DNA of 64,000 bases, taken from NCBI GenBank assembly GCA_012026655.1, contig JAAILG010000467.1, positions 1-64,000 of the forward strand. Direction: 5' to 3'. This DNA comes from Hydrolagus affinis. Taxonomy: Eukaryota. Position numbers and translations under genes: made by a program. The notes under the pieces are model-generated. The model saw only the letters and a list, made by a program, of their open reading frames with translations. It made no database searches and was not told where the DNA came from. Below, one piece after another: positions 49,048-61,460 of the stretch (the stretch's first letter is position 1; every line of letters begins with the position of its first letter).

Positions 49048-49245
49048 ACAATGACAACAAAATTGCATTTGTATTGCGCATTTCACATTGGGAGGACGTC
49101 CCAAGCCGTTAGACAATCAGTGTTTCGAACCCGTGATGAGGATTGGGATCAGGGAAGGGAGGGGGCCATGGGAGGGGGTCATGGGAGGAGGGTGGAGTAG
49201 AGGGTGACCAAAGGTATGCTCGAAGAGGAGGGTCTTGAGACTGGT
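49048..49245 (-). mobile_element. L2 3' end
   Basis: aaattgcatttgtattgcgcatttcacattgggaggacgtcccaag, G-rich UTR, gctcgaagaggagggtcttgag (reverse LKTLLF). Confidence 0.8.
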
Positions 49246-50149
49246 CTATTATATAAAATATAGTTGCTGGGTATACTTTCTCAGTGGTCTTGTGGAGTAA
49301 ACAGAACAATACATTGTCGGGAACTTGGCAAGATCGAATGATCTCACGATTCCAACTCTGACATTATTGTCAGATAAATGGGTCCAGTTGATCAATACAG
49401 CCGATACTAGATCGATCTCCAAAATCTGGTTAAATTTAGAACACAGTAGTTCTTGATCTAATATCTTTACGTGTACATGATCCACAGTCAAACTCAAAAT
49501 CACAAAAAAAAACTGGCAGCATGAGCAGCAGAGAACATCTGAAGAGACTCACCACATCTTTAAAGTGACTCGACAGTGAACAAGGAAGGACGCAGTCAAA
49601 CGAGTCAGGACTATCTGAAATCATTGACTGTTGACATTTGTAGTAATGGCTGCACATCAAAGCATACATAACTGACTCCACTGAGGACATCTGCTGGGGC
49701 TCCTAAGTCAGTGGTGATCATTACCTTGTCCAAGAATGATAAATGGCACAACTCAGCAAAGCCTAAAATGAAGATTTTGAACAGTATTTCTTGGCTCTAA
49801 GTCTCGACCGAATGTTGAAAGTGAGACAGCCCCAGATGTCCAAATAAAAGACAACAGTGTTATTATGAGAGTTCATAAGGTGAAATGCACACTCTCTTGA
49901 TGCAGAAAGCAAACAGCCAAGAGAGAGTCATTGGCACGCAGCTGAAGATGCATTCACCTAAACCACCACCACCCGTTCTGAGTTTTCGGAGCTGAGCCTA
50001 ATCAAGCATCAGACGAGTCGCATCAAAATTATGAGGAATATCATCTGTCAATAGTCATCTGCTTCATTTGGCAGACGATTCCTCAAGCCACTGAAGGCAG
50101 CAACTGTGCGACAGTACATAGGAAGGCCAGAATATCCATGCTGTGGTCA

Positions 50150-50235
50150 GAACTATTGTTTCTATCTGACGTTCCCAAGCTCTATGGGATGCTGCCCCGT
50201 GTGAAGGGCGCCATAGAAACGCAAGCTGTTGTTGA
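50150..50235 (+). mobile_element. L2-type tail fragment
   Basis: gggatgctgccccgtgtgaagggcgccatagaaacgcaagctgttgttg. Confidence 0.6.
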
Positions 50236-50826
50236 TATTCCAATAACAGCCAATTTGATTAATTTCATTAATGCATCAATGACAAAAGATGAAATCGCAT
50301 CACTTTATCCTGCCAAAGGTAATCATTACACAAGCACTTACCACATAGCTTAGTGCTGCATGTACAAAAATGGTAGCAAGTCACTGCTCTACGCTTATCA
50401 TGCACTGTCAGGCTCCTTTTGAAAGTGATCTGCAGGTCAGTGGGGGCCACAATCTCTCTAGGCCTTTGCTCTATGCCAGGCATTCTTCTACACTACTATC
50501 CTTCCCTTGCCAATGTCCAGCTTCTTACTACAACTCTCATGAGTAATATCCAAATCTCCCACAGTGGATACCATTAAGCTGCTGCTTGCTTCATTCTGGA
50601 TGGTGATGGTTTATGCTTGGGCGCAGGATGCTCTTGATATACAGAAGACACTTCATTGCTTTCTTCTATCTCTGTGGAGAGAGCACATGGAATGGTTTCA
50701 GCACAGATGCAAGTACATTTTGCTACTGCCTTACATTTGCATAATAATTTAATGTCCACATTGCTCAATCATCCTGTCTCAATCTACATTGCACTTATGT
50801 CCTAACCTAATCCGAAATTAAAGGTT

Positions 50827-51107
50827 ATAATAATAATAATCCTTGCATTTGATATAGCACTTTTCACATCTTCTAGACGTCTCAAAGTGCTTCACAGAAT
50901 ATACTGCAAAGTGAATTGACTGTAGACTTGTGGGCGAAATGCGACAGCCCAATTGCATACAGCAGTGTCCCACAAACAATCGTGGATAAAAATGACTAAT
51001 TTTATTCTTGTTTGTTTTTTTGGAGGGATTATTATTAGGCTTGTGGAGTAAGGAAACTTGCCCAAGGTTTCGCCCTGACTTGGCTGGATTCGAACACAGG
51101 TCTCACG
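50827..51107 (-). mobile_element. SINE2-1_CM-like SINE, nearly full length
   Basis: Tail, body and B box (reverse gtgttcgaatcc); A box lost. Confidence 0.92.
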
Positions 51108-51459
51108 ATTATTGTTAACGATGTTTAATTTATGATAAAAAGGTAGCATTAACAGCAACTCATTTGTCATGTTCAGAAACGCTTAATTTCAGACGTAAGT
51201 GAGATGTTGTTATCAAGTAATTACAAAAGGCTGTGATTACAATCAAAACATCAGCTTTTTTGAGGGAAAGTTTCATCCCATTCCCAACACTGAGGATCTC
51301 TGTCAATGCACCAACCTATTTTTCAGCTGAGCTCTTGAACCCCTGACTATCGAGCTCATCACATTTGCTAGGGAGAAATTATGAGACAACTTGAGAGTTA
51401 TTAGAGTAGTGCCACTTGATGTAAGCAGAGCTGACAATGGTGCACGGTGCAAAGGTTGA

Positions 51460-51780
51460 TAAGAAAGTTACAGGCTTGCAATTTTTGTGGACATTTCCTT
51501 GAATAACAATTAGCTTCCATCAAGAGAGTTGACAGCACTAGACAATAATCTTCAACTGCAGCACACATTAACCCTGTAGTCCCCTAAGGCATGGTCCTTG
51601 ACCCTCTCTTCTTTCCAATTTTCATTGAAGATCTAGAACAAGTGATTAGAGATTGATCTTGTTGCAAATGACAGATGATTCTGCATCAAACTATTGTAAC
51701 CCATTAGGATTGTGAGGTGGCTGCTCAGATAATTAAAGACTTCCAGACAATTGTGCATTGAGCAGCTAAGTGGTGTTGTC
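51460..51780 (+). mobile_element. Degenerate non-LTR (CR1/L2-clade) reverse-transcriptase core
   Basis: From 51576: VVP*GMVLDPLFFPIFIEDLEQ..CK, then a frameshift to TDDS. Matches GVPQGSVLGPLLFLI.INDL..KFADD. Confidence 0.7.
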
Positions 51781-53321
51781 TACTCAGTAGCGTTACAGCT
51801 GCTTACCAGCAGCTAGGTCTGTAATTTGACCTCATCTACCTACATATTTCATTGGTCCTCAGTATCAATCATCCGGATATGGTTGTGAACAGAAAGCTGC
51901 TCTGTAAGGAGCACATCAAATGTTACGCTTTCATTCAAAATGGGAACAAAGCAGGGTTCATTTTTAATGAACCACAGATATAATCATATTAGGGCTTCTA
52001 CATCCCTAAATGCTTTTGTGAGACAAGCAGTTTTATGGAGCATTACGGACAAAACAACAATACATTTGCAAGAATTTCTGTCAGCGATCAAGGCACACAT
52101 TGAGCATAACACACATAACACTTGAAAATTCTGCAATTACGGGTGAAAATATCCATATCACAGATTTGCAAAGGTCAATATGTGGATGAGGGCCTATAGT
52201 CACGGCAAAGACGCCTTCTCAATCAGACATTCCAGGCCTGAAGACTCCAATTAACTTTGATAAAAGTTAATGTTTTTGGCCTAGGAAAGCAGAGATAGGT
52301 AAAGAAAAATAGGAAATTAATATTGAACAAAGAAGCAACACTCGACTCAATGCAGACTCTACAATTCACAAAACAGAATTGCTCCCCTCGGAGTTCAAGA
52401 ATAATAGCAGCCCTTTAGACCTGGAGTAGAGTAAACTACTTAACTACAAAGTGGGGGGTGGGGGAGAATGTGCCACCAAAGCTGCTCCTAAATGTATTCC
52501 TAAAATAAAACTTCTTTAACTTAGAAATGTAGGAATTGCGTAAATGTTATCCCTTTACAACAGACAGCTCACACTGTCTGTGCCACTTAAAGGATCTGGC
52601 CCAGGCTATGCAAGAAGCTACTTGACTAAAAGAAAAGCAGTTCGGTAAAATGTTGCTCAGTGGCATGACAGTACATGAATGTGTAAGAGGGAAAATTGAA
52701 GTTTCAAATTACACAAAAAGGAATTTCACCCCCACGGTTCTTTTGCACCATGGGTTGCTGTCAGCCCAGCAGCTTGGTTTTCAGACTGGCTTCTTCAACT
52801 GTCGAATCAAAAGGTGCATTGACAGAGAGAAAACTGCTAGCGATAAAGAAGCAAAGCATCGAAAATAACATGGTTATGCAAATAAAACTGAAACAAGGAC
52901 AGCAGTTCTGTTTCTAAATAAGTTCATATTGGTGGGCTCAATGGAAAAACTGGGTAATGAGGCTTGCTAGCCACCTACTTCCCTGCCAGCAGGGTTGGTT
53001 CTGATCCTGATAGCTGCTCAAATGCATGCAATCAAAATGTCAATCAATACATTGCTTCAATTGCCTCCTTACTGCAGTGGGGCACATTAACCCAAGTGAC
53101 TCACAAGATATCTCCTGTGGATGCTGGAAACTAAAAGTGACATACTACTTTTCTGTGGGAAAGGAATTGTACTGCAATCAATTAAAGTCTCCCTAGTGAA
53201 CACCAGTATTCTCATGCACTGCTTCACAGTCATGCCTGGTGTAGGCGCTTGGTGGATGTTGAGTAGACATGCTCAGATGCATCGCAGAGGTCGCAGAGGC
53301 CTCTGGTCTATTGGCCACATC

Positions 53322-53649
53322 AAGCCATCCGCTCCCTCCACTCAGTAAGCCTGCTCTACATCCCCCACCCAACACGCCCCACCATCGGCAGCCAGCCCTT
53401 CAACCTCTGCAATTCTATGCCATAGCCCCTTTGCCTTGATCTCTCCCTTTTTTCCTTCAAGGCATGTCTTAATACCCTCCTCTTCAACCGCGCCTTCAGT
53501 CACCCTCCTACTCCTACCTTCCTGCCCCTCCACCCCTCCCAATTCCAATCCCCAGCTTGGGTCCAAATCCTTGATTGTCCAGCAACTTGGAACATCCTTC
53601 TAATGTGAAAGGTGCTATGCAAATGTAATTCGCTGTTGTTGTTGTTGTA
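53322..53649 (+). mobile_element. L2 3' end
   Basis: ccttcaaggcatgtcttaataccctcctcttcaaccgcgccttc (FK..L.TLLF), C-rich UTR, (GTT)n tail. Confidence 0.85.
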
Positions 53650-54047
53650 GTATTGGAGATGACCTCCTGAGATGCATCTGAGCATAAATGCCCAACCTCC
53701 AACAAGAACTCGCACCAGTCACAGAATGCCATCGATGCAAGTTATCCAACCAATTTTACACTATAAAAAGTACTTACAAGAATTTCTAGAATGTGACTAG
53801 GTACATGTTAAGCAAAGTGAAAAGTACTGTATCTTCTCAGCTGCATAGTTCCTCCTTATTAGCCTTTAAAGGCGTAACAACTTACCAAATTCCTGCACAA
53901 CAATTCTGATCCTATATGTGAGAGGTAGGAATAGTGAGAGTTGGAATCGCTAAAGCTAATATGTGTAAGCCTTTGATGATATCACTCCTAATATTTTTTT
54001 AAACCAAAGTTACAAAGTTAGCAAAAAACAGTCATTATGAAAAAAGA

Positions 54048-54110
54048 TACAACAACAACATTACATTTGTATTGCACCTTTCACGATACAAAATCTGGCT
54101 TAAAGCGATC
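54048..54110 (-). mobile_element. L2-type tail fragment
   Basis: (AAC)n attacatttgtattgcacctttcacg. Confidence 0.6.
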
Positions 54111-54779
54111 ACACTGAAGACCGATTGCCATACCACCTCAAGGAGGTGGTTTCAGTTGGACACCAATTTGCACCATCGGAGTGTAAAGGAATATATTTAT
54201 TTTAAGCGTGACTGATTCTTTATTAAAATTAAAAGGCCCACACCATCAGCAGCTCTCCGAATGCACTGAGTTTAAGTTTGCAGAGGTCTCCTCAGTCCCT
54301 GGGGTAGAGCGACTAGGAACAAGAATAATAATTGCGACTCCCCCACTCTGAATCACTCAATTGCTCTCAATATCACTTCACTTCTAGTAGTAAAAACCAG
54401 GCACAAGCTGGCTGTGTGAGAAGGCACGTGATCACAGTCTATTGAAAAGTCAGCATTTGATTTTCTCTCCCATCCCCCATCCTCTACTCAGCATCCCCCC
54501 CACCCCCCCCCACCCCAACAGCATTGAGATTAAAAACTCAGCAGAGCAGCGAATCAAACCTCTGTTGCCAATTGAAGAGCTACACATTGTTGCTGTAACA
54601 TATAGTGACTCCACAGCGCTGACTCCAGGTTTTCACGTGTTGAATGCTAGAAATTTTAAAACATTCACTGGTTCATTCTCACCAGGTTTTCTCTTCCCTA
54701 GATTATAAATTGCTGCCTTTCAGTTTTTGTAACTTGGCTACTAGTGGGGCTTCTGAAATCGACACTATATGATTATCTG

Positions 54780-55600
54780 TGCCAACCTGTAATGCAGGTA
54801 TGAAAGACAAAACCAGCATACCACAAAGTAGTTGCTTTTATTGCCAAACTTGAAGAGTTTCGGAGCTGATGTGTGCTTATACTGATTGCTTTGTGCTTAT
54901 TCACCACTGATTGCGAGGGTGAACTTCCACCGGTTAACTGTGATGGTCGTCACCCTTAACTGTGTCAGATTTTGAAAGAGAATTTTTTATTTTTTTTTAA
55001 CCGTTTGGTGTCTGAAACACCACGAGTGTCAAAACCGTCGAGAAACATGCTGTTTATACTCTTTTCCCCTTCTCCTGTTTGTGGGGATCTTGCAAACAAG
55101 ATGAAGACGAGATGTGAAAGAGTCCAAAATAGGGGAAAAAGGGGAATCTGAAAAATATTCAACTTGATAACCCAAGAAAATCAATCGAATCCTTTGATAC
55201 CCTGAAGCAACAATTGAAGTATCCAGCTGTTAAGTACGACAGAGTTGGTAAATTGCTCTGGTATATAATACAATATTCCCTTTCTTGTGCACATAATTCA
55301 TGACGTTACTTTTAATATATAATTTATCTTTCAAAGTCATTGTGGTGCAAAGAAGACATCTTGCTGCGAAGTAAGCTGCACTGAAAAGAGAGACATGATT
55401 AACCGTAGACCTAAAAGGAAAGTTTCGAGCAATCTCTAAAGAGGTTTCCTCGTAAAGCTGTTAATAAAATGGGTTCATTCCTCCTCCAACATCACCTCTG
55501 CCTTGTGTAGTTTGTTTTCACTTCGGTTAATCACTGACCAAATCTGTAGTGCGGACCAGCAGTTTCCAATAAACTATAAAAGGCAGATCTGATGCCATTG
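54780..55600. promoter_or_regulatory. Candidate conserved non-coding element block
   Basis: Unique, CpG-retaining; CCTTTGAT (TCF/LEF) near 55191, ATGACGT (ATF/CRE half-site), TAAT cores. Confidence 0.35.
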
Positions 55601-56619
55601 TTCTTTTCTGTGGGGCTTAGCTGGCAACAGCTGAATCAACCAGTTCAGAGTCAGCACAGTCAAGCAAGGGAAACAGATTTTAAACAATGACACACAGCAA
55701 ATCCCGAAGAAAGGGAAAAATCTGTTGTGACATCATTAAACCTGAAATATTGAATGGATCTGACACAACCAATTAACAATGAACTCACAAATTATCATTA
55801 AAAATACTCATCGATTGATTCACAAGTACTCCTAACAAGTGCTACCAGCACTGTGATCCTATCTACAAAAGCACAACCTCAGTCAGGCTGACTGAATAGC
55901 TACGGACATTTCTTTTTTTTTGTTTAAATGGGCTAAACTACTGGTTGAATGTAATTCAGTTTTCTAATTACTTTTGGTGCATTTGTTTGTTTTTCTTTAA
56001 AAAAAACACCTCACCTGTATACCCACCCTGAGGAAACGTGGGATTGCTTTTGTCTTAATGTGAAGAGGAGAAACCATTCTTGTCCTTTCTGGTTGTGTGA
56101 CTCAAGCTGAGTTTCTTTTCCTCTTTTTGGTCCCAGAGGCAAATCAAGTTCCTTGAAGAGGCACTTAATCCCATCCTTCCAATCAACAATTGCCACTTGT
56201 GTATCGCTCTAATAGATTAAGAACTGGGATGATGCGGTTGTCTGGTCTAATTCAACACCATTCAGGTAACTGCAACTCATGGCACTTTGTAGTGCCAAGT
56301 GCATAGCACTACAGGAAGACTTTTGCTATCATAATTTCCTGGTGAGCTATGCATTTCTCCCACTGAGTACTCTGAATTACTTTTAATTAGGCCAGACAAC
56401 CACAGAGAGTAGAAATTCAGCCAGCAACAATAACTAACTCTTTGAACAGAGTATGTATGGGCTTTTTTTTCTTTTGCAGAATAAAGATAGGAGGAATTGC
56501 AAAACGAACATCTATTCAAATGACAGCAACTTGCTATAAATCAATTGTCAAACAAAGGGGGAAAATACTTTATGTGAAGAAGGAGTGGAGTTGAAAAAAA
56601 TAAATTAAAAATAGTTTCA

Positions 56620-57230
56620 AAAACTTCATAGGCAATGTCTGGGTAGGTGTCAGGATTGCATCACCATAGCAACAAGCAAAGGCAAATACATTGTACTAAA
56701 ATAGCCAGACTTAACTCAGAAGAAGAAATAGACAAGGATATGTTGATCTTACAATAAGTTACTAAACAGGAACGAGTAGTTGTAGCATTTCTATTATTAG
56801 ACGGTTCTATTTGATGACGATTCTCAGTGTAATTCTGTAACCTTGTGCAATGTCACTGTTCCAATGAACTGACAAAGCAAACAAGGAGCAAAATTAAAAC
56901 GGCAGGATATGGGGAAGAAAGCTATAATAAAAACAGCTTTGGGATAAGGAATAAGACAACAACTCAATTTAATACTCATTGGTAGAACACGGTCATCAAA
57001 AATATTCGTCCTATAAATCAGCATATTTTCAAAATTGTGATGATGGTTTAATTACTTTAAAAATAACCAGTTCTGCCGCAACTGTACATCAAAGTGCGAG
57101 AATGAATTTACTGCATGTATCTGTTGTGCATGTCCAAGTAGTACCACTTAGCGCACATTTCGTCAACGTCAAATTCACATTGTTTCTTCAATTTGCTTCT
57201 TTTTCTCCTCCACTTCTCAAGCTAATAAAC
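56620..57230. promoter_or_regulatory. Candidate conserved non-coding element block
   Basis: ATCACCATAGCAAC X-box-like (56660-56673), ACATCAAAG TCF site near 57086, ATAAATCA (reverse PBX-HOX), TAATTA. Confidence 0.35.
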
Positions 57231-57234
57231 TCAA

Positions 57235-57560
57235 GGAGGACTGTTTCCAGGTGATGACAGCTCTCCAAAACCTTACCTAAGTGATCATTCTTCATTGTGA
57301 GTTGAAGCAGTGTACGTCATCAGACCATGGCAGACAGTACAGCCAGGCCCTAACCTCTCCTCTCCTCATCTGACGTCCATTCACATACTTCCTTTAACAG
57401 GTGTCGCTGGATAATTATAAGGAGTTGGAGCATAGATTAATGTTTCCCCTTTTGATCCCATGAACGCCAAGATTAATTGTGGTATCCCCAGTACCCACAT
57501 ATGATTACGTATAGCTAATTCACCATAGAACACAAATTGAAATTGTAACTTCCGAATCTG
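57235..57560 (-). mobile_element. MER131-like ancient SINE
   Basis: tcattcttcattgtgag..cctcatctgacgtccattcac..ggtgtcgctggata..tagctaattcaccatagaac is the reverse complement of the 29935/26700 body. Confidence 0.65.
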
Positions 57561-57887
57561 TTAAAGCATAGTGTTATGCTTTGTTCCTACTGCTGGATGG
57601 AAAGCAGTGTCGTTTCCAGCAATAGAGTAATATGGAACAGAAAGCTGGATTTATACTTCCAGGTTCCCATTGCATCATGGCTGTAACTTTAAAACAAGAT
57701 GTTGAAGTTGTGAGCTAAGCTTATTTGCACAGATGAGGAAATCGGTGTGTTAAAGTTAAAAATAACATTAAGGAATTGGTTCAATGTAGGGAGTATGTTA
57801 CTCAGAGTCCAGAACATTAAAAAATTCTCTAAAGATTTAACTGCAATTCATTTTTTCTTGAGATTACATTTGATTTCATAGAATTGT

Positions 57888-58035
57888 AATAATAATAATC
57901 CTTGCATTTGATATAGCACTTTTCACATCTTCTAGATATCTCAAAGTGCTACACAGAAATGTACTGTAAAGTAAATTGATTGTATATTGTGTGAAACGCA
58001 GCAGCCAATTGCACACAGCAGCATCATACAAACAG
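57888..58035 (-). mobile_element. SINE2-1_CM-like 3' half
   Basis: Tail plus body to cacagcagcatcatacaaacag. Confidence 0.88.
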
Positions 58036-58189
58036 TTGGGGAATGTGGAAAGGATAGTACTGTACAGCCAGGCCCTATCGTTCATAGTGCAGTACAATTA
58101 CAGCCTCTGATCTATATTGTTTTAGCATTGCTGTTAGCTATGGAACTGCACGCAGAAAAAAAAAGTAGAAAAGATAAAGTAAAACAAAA

Positions 58190-58340
58190 AGAAACCTTAA
58201 GAATGTCCTCTTCAACCAGGCCTATGGTCTCCTCCTCCTCCTCTCTTGTTTGGCATCCAACTCCACCAACGTGCAGCGTTTGAAGGTGCTATCCTGCGTG
58301 AAGGAGGCTATATAAGTGCAAGCTGTTGTTGTTGTTGTAA
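58190..58340 (+). mobile_element. L2 3' end
   Basis: ccttaagaatgtcctcttcaaccaggcctatgg..gtgaaggaggctatataagtgcaagc(tgt)n. Confidence 0.75.
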
Positions 58341-60187
58341 AGACTTGCTTGGAACATGGCCACAACAATTTTTAAAAGTTTCATGTCCAAGATCACTTTT
58401 TGAAAAACCATGTGGAGATTGCTAACAGTGGTAGTGTATTCTACTCTATCAGAGAATTTGAATGATACATTGTACATTCAATGCAACTTGTAAAGGGAAA
58501 AAAAATCATTCTGTGGCTTTGGTAAAAAACTACAGTGAAACTTCTGAGTTCTAATTTACTCAATAAAAATAAGAGAGTAAAAATGTACAACTTTTTCACA
58601 AGGAGTGCTCCACCACTTCATCCTAAAAGTCAAACAAGATGTAGATATTCACCCTAGATGGCAGTCAAGTTCAAATGTTCGTCTAAACTGCAATGGAAAC
58701 CCAGATTTCCAGGATCAACGTTCAACTCTCACATGTGTAGGAACAGTTTAATGTGGTTATGGATTTAATTCCCAGGACCCTACCACACTTGTGAAATACT
58801 TCTGAATTCAGACTCCGCAGTATTATTTCAGAAACAATCACACTCTATTTCTCCAGGGTTGGGAGAGGGATGTTGGGGAAAATGACTTAACTTGATGAGT
58901 AACATTTGAGTTATGAAGACAGCCCTATACTAACCAAGGAACAAGTATATTATACTGTATATCAAACCATTGACTGTGTCTGATTAGTGATTTTAATCAA
59001 AACAACATTGTTTCAATATAATATTAACAAGTAAAATAAAATGCTGCATTATAACTTCTGCTCAGTTAGGTTACTTTGATAGCTCCCTGAGAGACCTCTC
59101 TTTATTTGCCCTGGTGTACAACATTTTGCCCTTGCTACAACTCTACAAGGAGAAGCCATAACATTCACCTGGCTGCAAGCTGAAAGGACTTATGTGACTG
59201 AGCCAAAAAGCTAAAAAGGAGGGAAAATAATTGACCAAAATTCAAATAAATATTTAAATAAATAGTGCTACAGCACAGGCTAACTGAAAAGGCTATGAAT
59301 CATTAGGCATGAAAGAGGGTAAGAAATAATCATCAATAGTTTAGATCTTCAAATACATACTGCATCTCTTCTTTAGAGTGCATGCTATTGTGGCTCATTC
59401 TCCTTCACCTTAGTCTGTTCAGAAAAAGAACAAAGACGAAACCCAACTGATTCAAAACTAGCAGAACAGACAACAACTGAGCGCAACTGTTCCCTCATGC
59501 ATGACTGGGATTAGGATAAAAGAAAAATGGACTTCTGAGAGAAAGAAAGCACCAAAGGAAACAGGAGTGCTGACAAAACTTTTCTTTCCTTGTGAGAAAA
59601 AAGGGGGAATGTGGTTTGATATCAACAGATGAAGAAGACATAAAACAAATAAAACTGTCTAATTGTCATATATATTACTTCCACTCAAACATAGCTCAAT
59701 TGGTAAACTCTCCACATCTAAACACCTTTATGGTAGTGCATATTTAAACAAAAAGACTCTCAACGTTTATTGTAAATGCAGATTCTTTTCACTCTAAGGC
59801 AAATAAAAGTTGATTTTGTTCAACACTGGCACATGCAAATAGCCAGATCTATTATGTACTGAGCTGTATCTGGATGTTGACAAGCCAGATTCATCATTGT
59901 GCAGCCACAGCACAGAGCTGAGCTAAAGCCAAACATAAACCCCACTCATTTATTTTTTTCCTGTGCCACCAGTTTTATGAATGTCTGAGGATGTGCCAGA
60001 AAGGAAAGGCTGCATGGAGTGAGTGCCAGGTAAGATGTAGGGCCACTATATGCTATTATGTATCTGCTATTTCACATTGTAAACAATATGACTGGCTCAA
60101 TAGACTCTGTCAATGTTGGGGCAGGTATGTTTTCCCTAAAAGGTAAAATATTGTGGAAAATGGTAAACAATAGACAATAATACCAGA

Positions 60188-60385
60188 CTAAATTACATTT
60201 GGATAGCACCTTTCACATCGGGAGGATTTCCCAAGGCATTGCAGTGTCATGGATTTGGATCCGAGGTGGGGGTGGGGAGTTGGGGTAAGGAAGGTTGGAG
60301 GATGTGGAGTGCAGGAGGGTGCCGAAGGCTCGGTCGAAGAGGAGCGTCTTGAGACGTCCCTTGAAGGAGGTAAGGGAGGGAGAAA
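60188..60385 (-). mobile_element. L2 3' end
   Basis: aaattacatttggatagcacctttcacatcgggagga..tcgaagaggagcgtcttgagacgtcccttgaagg. Confidence 0.85.
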
Positions 60386-61047
60386 GTAAAGATAGTGCAG
60401 CAAGGCAGCATTCACCTTAAAGTAAACTGTTCTGTCTACCCAGTGCCTTATCTGAAATCCCTCTTTATGTGCTTCAATGGCAGGTATTAGCAGCACGCTA
60501 AAAAGGAAAACTTTTTTTTGCTGCAGCCACCACCTTCAATAGGCTGCTCCTCACATGTACAAACTCCACCAGCAAACTGCAAATTGTGTCCTTAGTGTTC
60601 TAATCACTGTTATCTAAGAAAATCTTTATACTATTCAGCCAATGGCACAAAAGCAATAGCAACTAATGTCTGGACACCCTGAGTCTCTCGGACTCCCAAC
60701 AAATTTACCGGCAGTTTAACAACACAATGTATGTAGTACTGAGTGCTACATTCTTTCCTGCTGCTAGAAGGCAGCAGAGATAGTGTCAATTATTTCATTC
60801 TGAGAAACAGGCAGTACTGTCTTTAGAGGTTTGGTTCAAAACCACCTCCTCAAACCAAGCTGTAGAACTTGACTCATGGAGTCACTTGGTTTAGATGCGA
60901 CTTTGTTTGTAACCATCAGTGGTTCTGTCAACAGCAGATCTGTTCCACAAAGGGAAGTACAGTGTAGATGAATGTAAGGAGATGGTTTTAAGGAATAGCA
61001 CATGGATTTTAATATAGACGAATAAAAGCTGATGCATTGGAAATATG

Positions 61048-61105
61048 TGACGACAACATCCACATAGCGCCCTTCACGCAGGGTAGTGTCTCAGAGCGTT
61101 GTGTG
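61048..61105 (-). mobile_element. L2-type tail fragment
   Basis: acatagcgcccttcacgcagggtagtgtctcagagcg. Confidence 0.55.
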
Positions 61106-61139
61106 ATCTGTATGTGAGAAGGGTGTCCAATCACACTCT

Positions 61140-61460
61140 GAACATAAGAACTAGGAGCAGGAATAGGCCATTCGGCCTCTCGAGCCTGCCCCACCATTCA
61201 ATAAGATCATGGCTGATCTTCTAGTCTAACTCCACCTACCTGCCTTATCCCCCATATCTCTTAATTCCTTTATCCACAAGAAATCTATCAATCTCAGTCC
61301 TGAATATATTCAAGGACTGAGCATCTTCACTACCTTCTGAGTGAAGACGTTTTTCTTCAACTCAATGCGAAAGGGCTGACCCCTAATTTTAAGACTGTGA
61401 CCCCTGGTTATAGTTTCTCCAACTAGGGGAAACAGTCTCCCACTATCTACTCTGAGGATC
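61140..61460 (-). mobile_element. CR1 LINE 3' end (shark HER-type)
   Basis: Minus ORF RVDSGRLFPLVGETITRGHSLKIRGQPFRIELKKNVFTQKVV. The 3' UTR reads aacataagaactaggagcaggaataggccattcggcc on the + strand. Confidence 0.92.
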
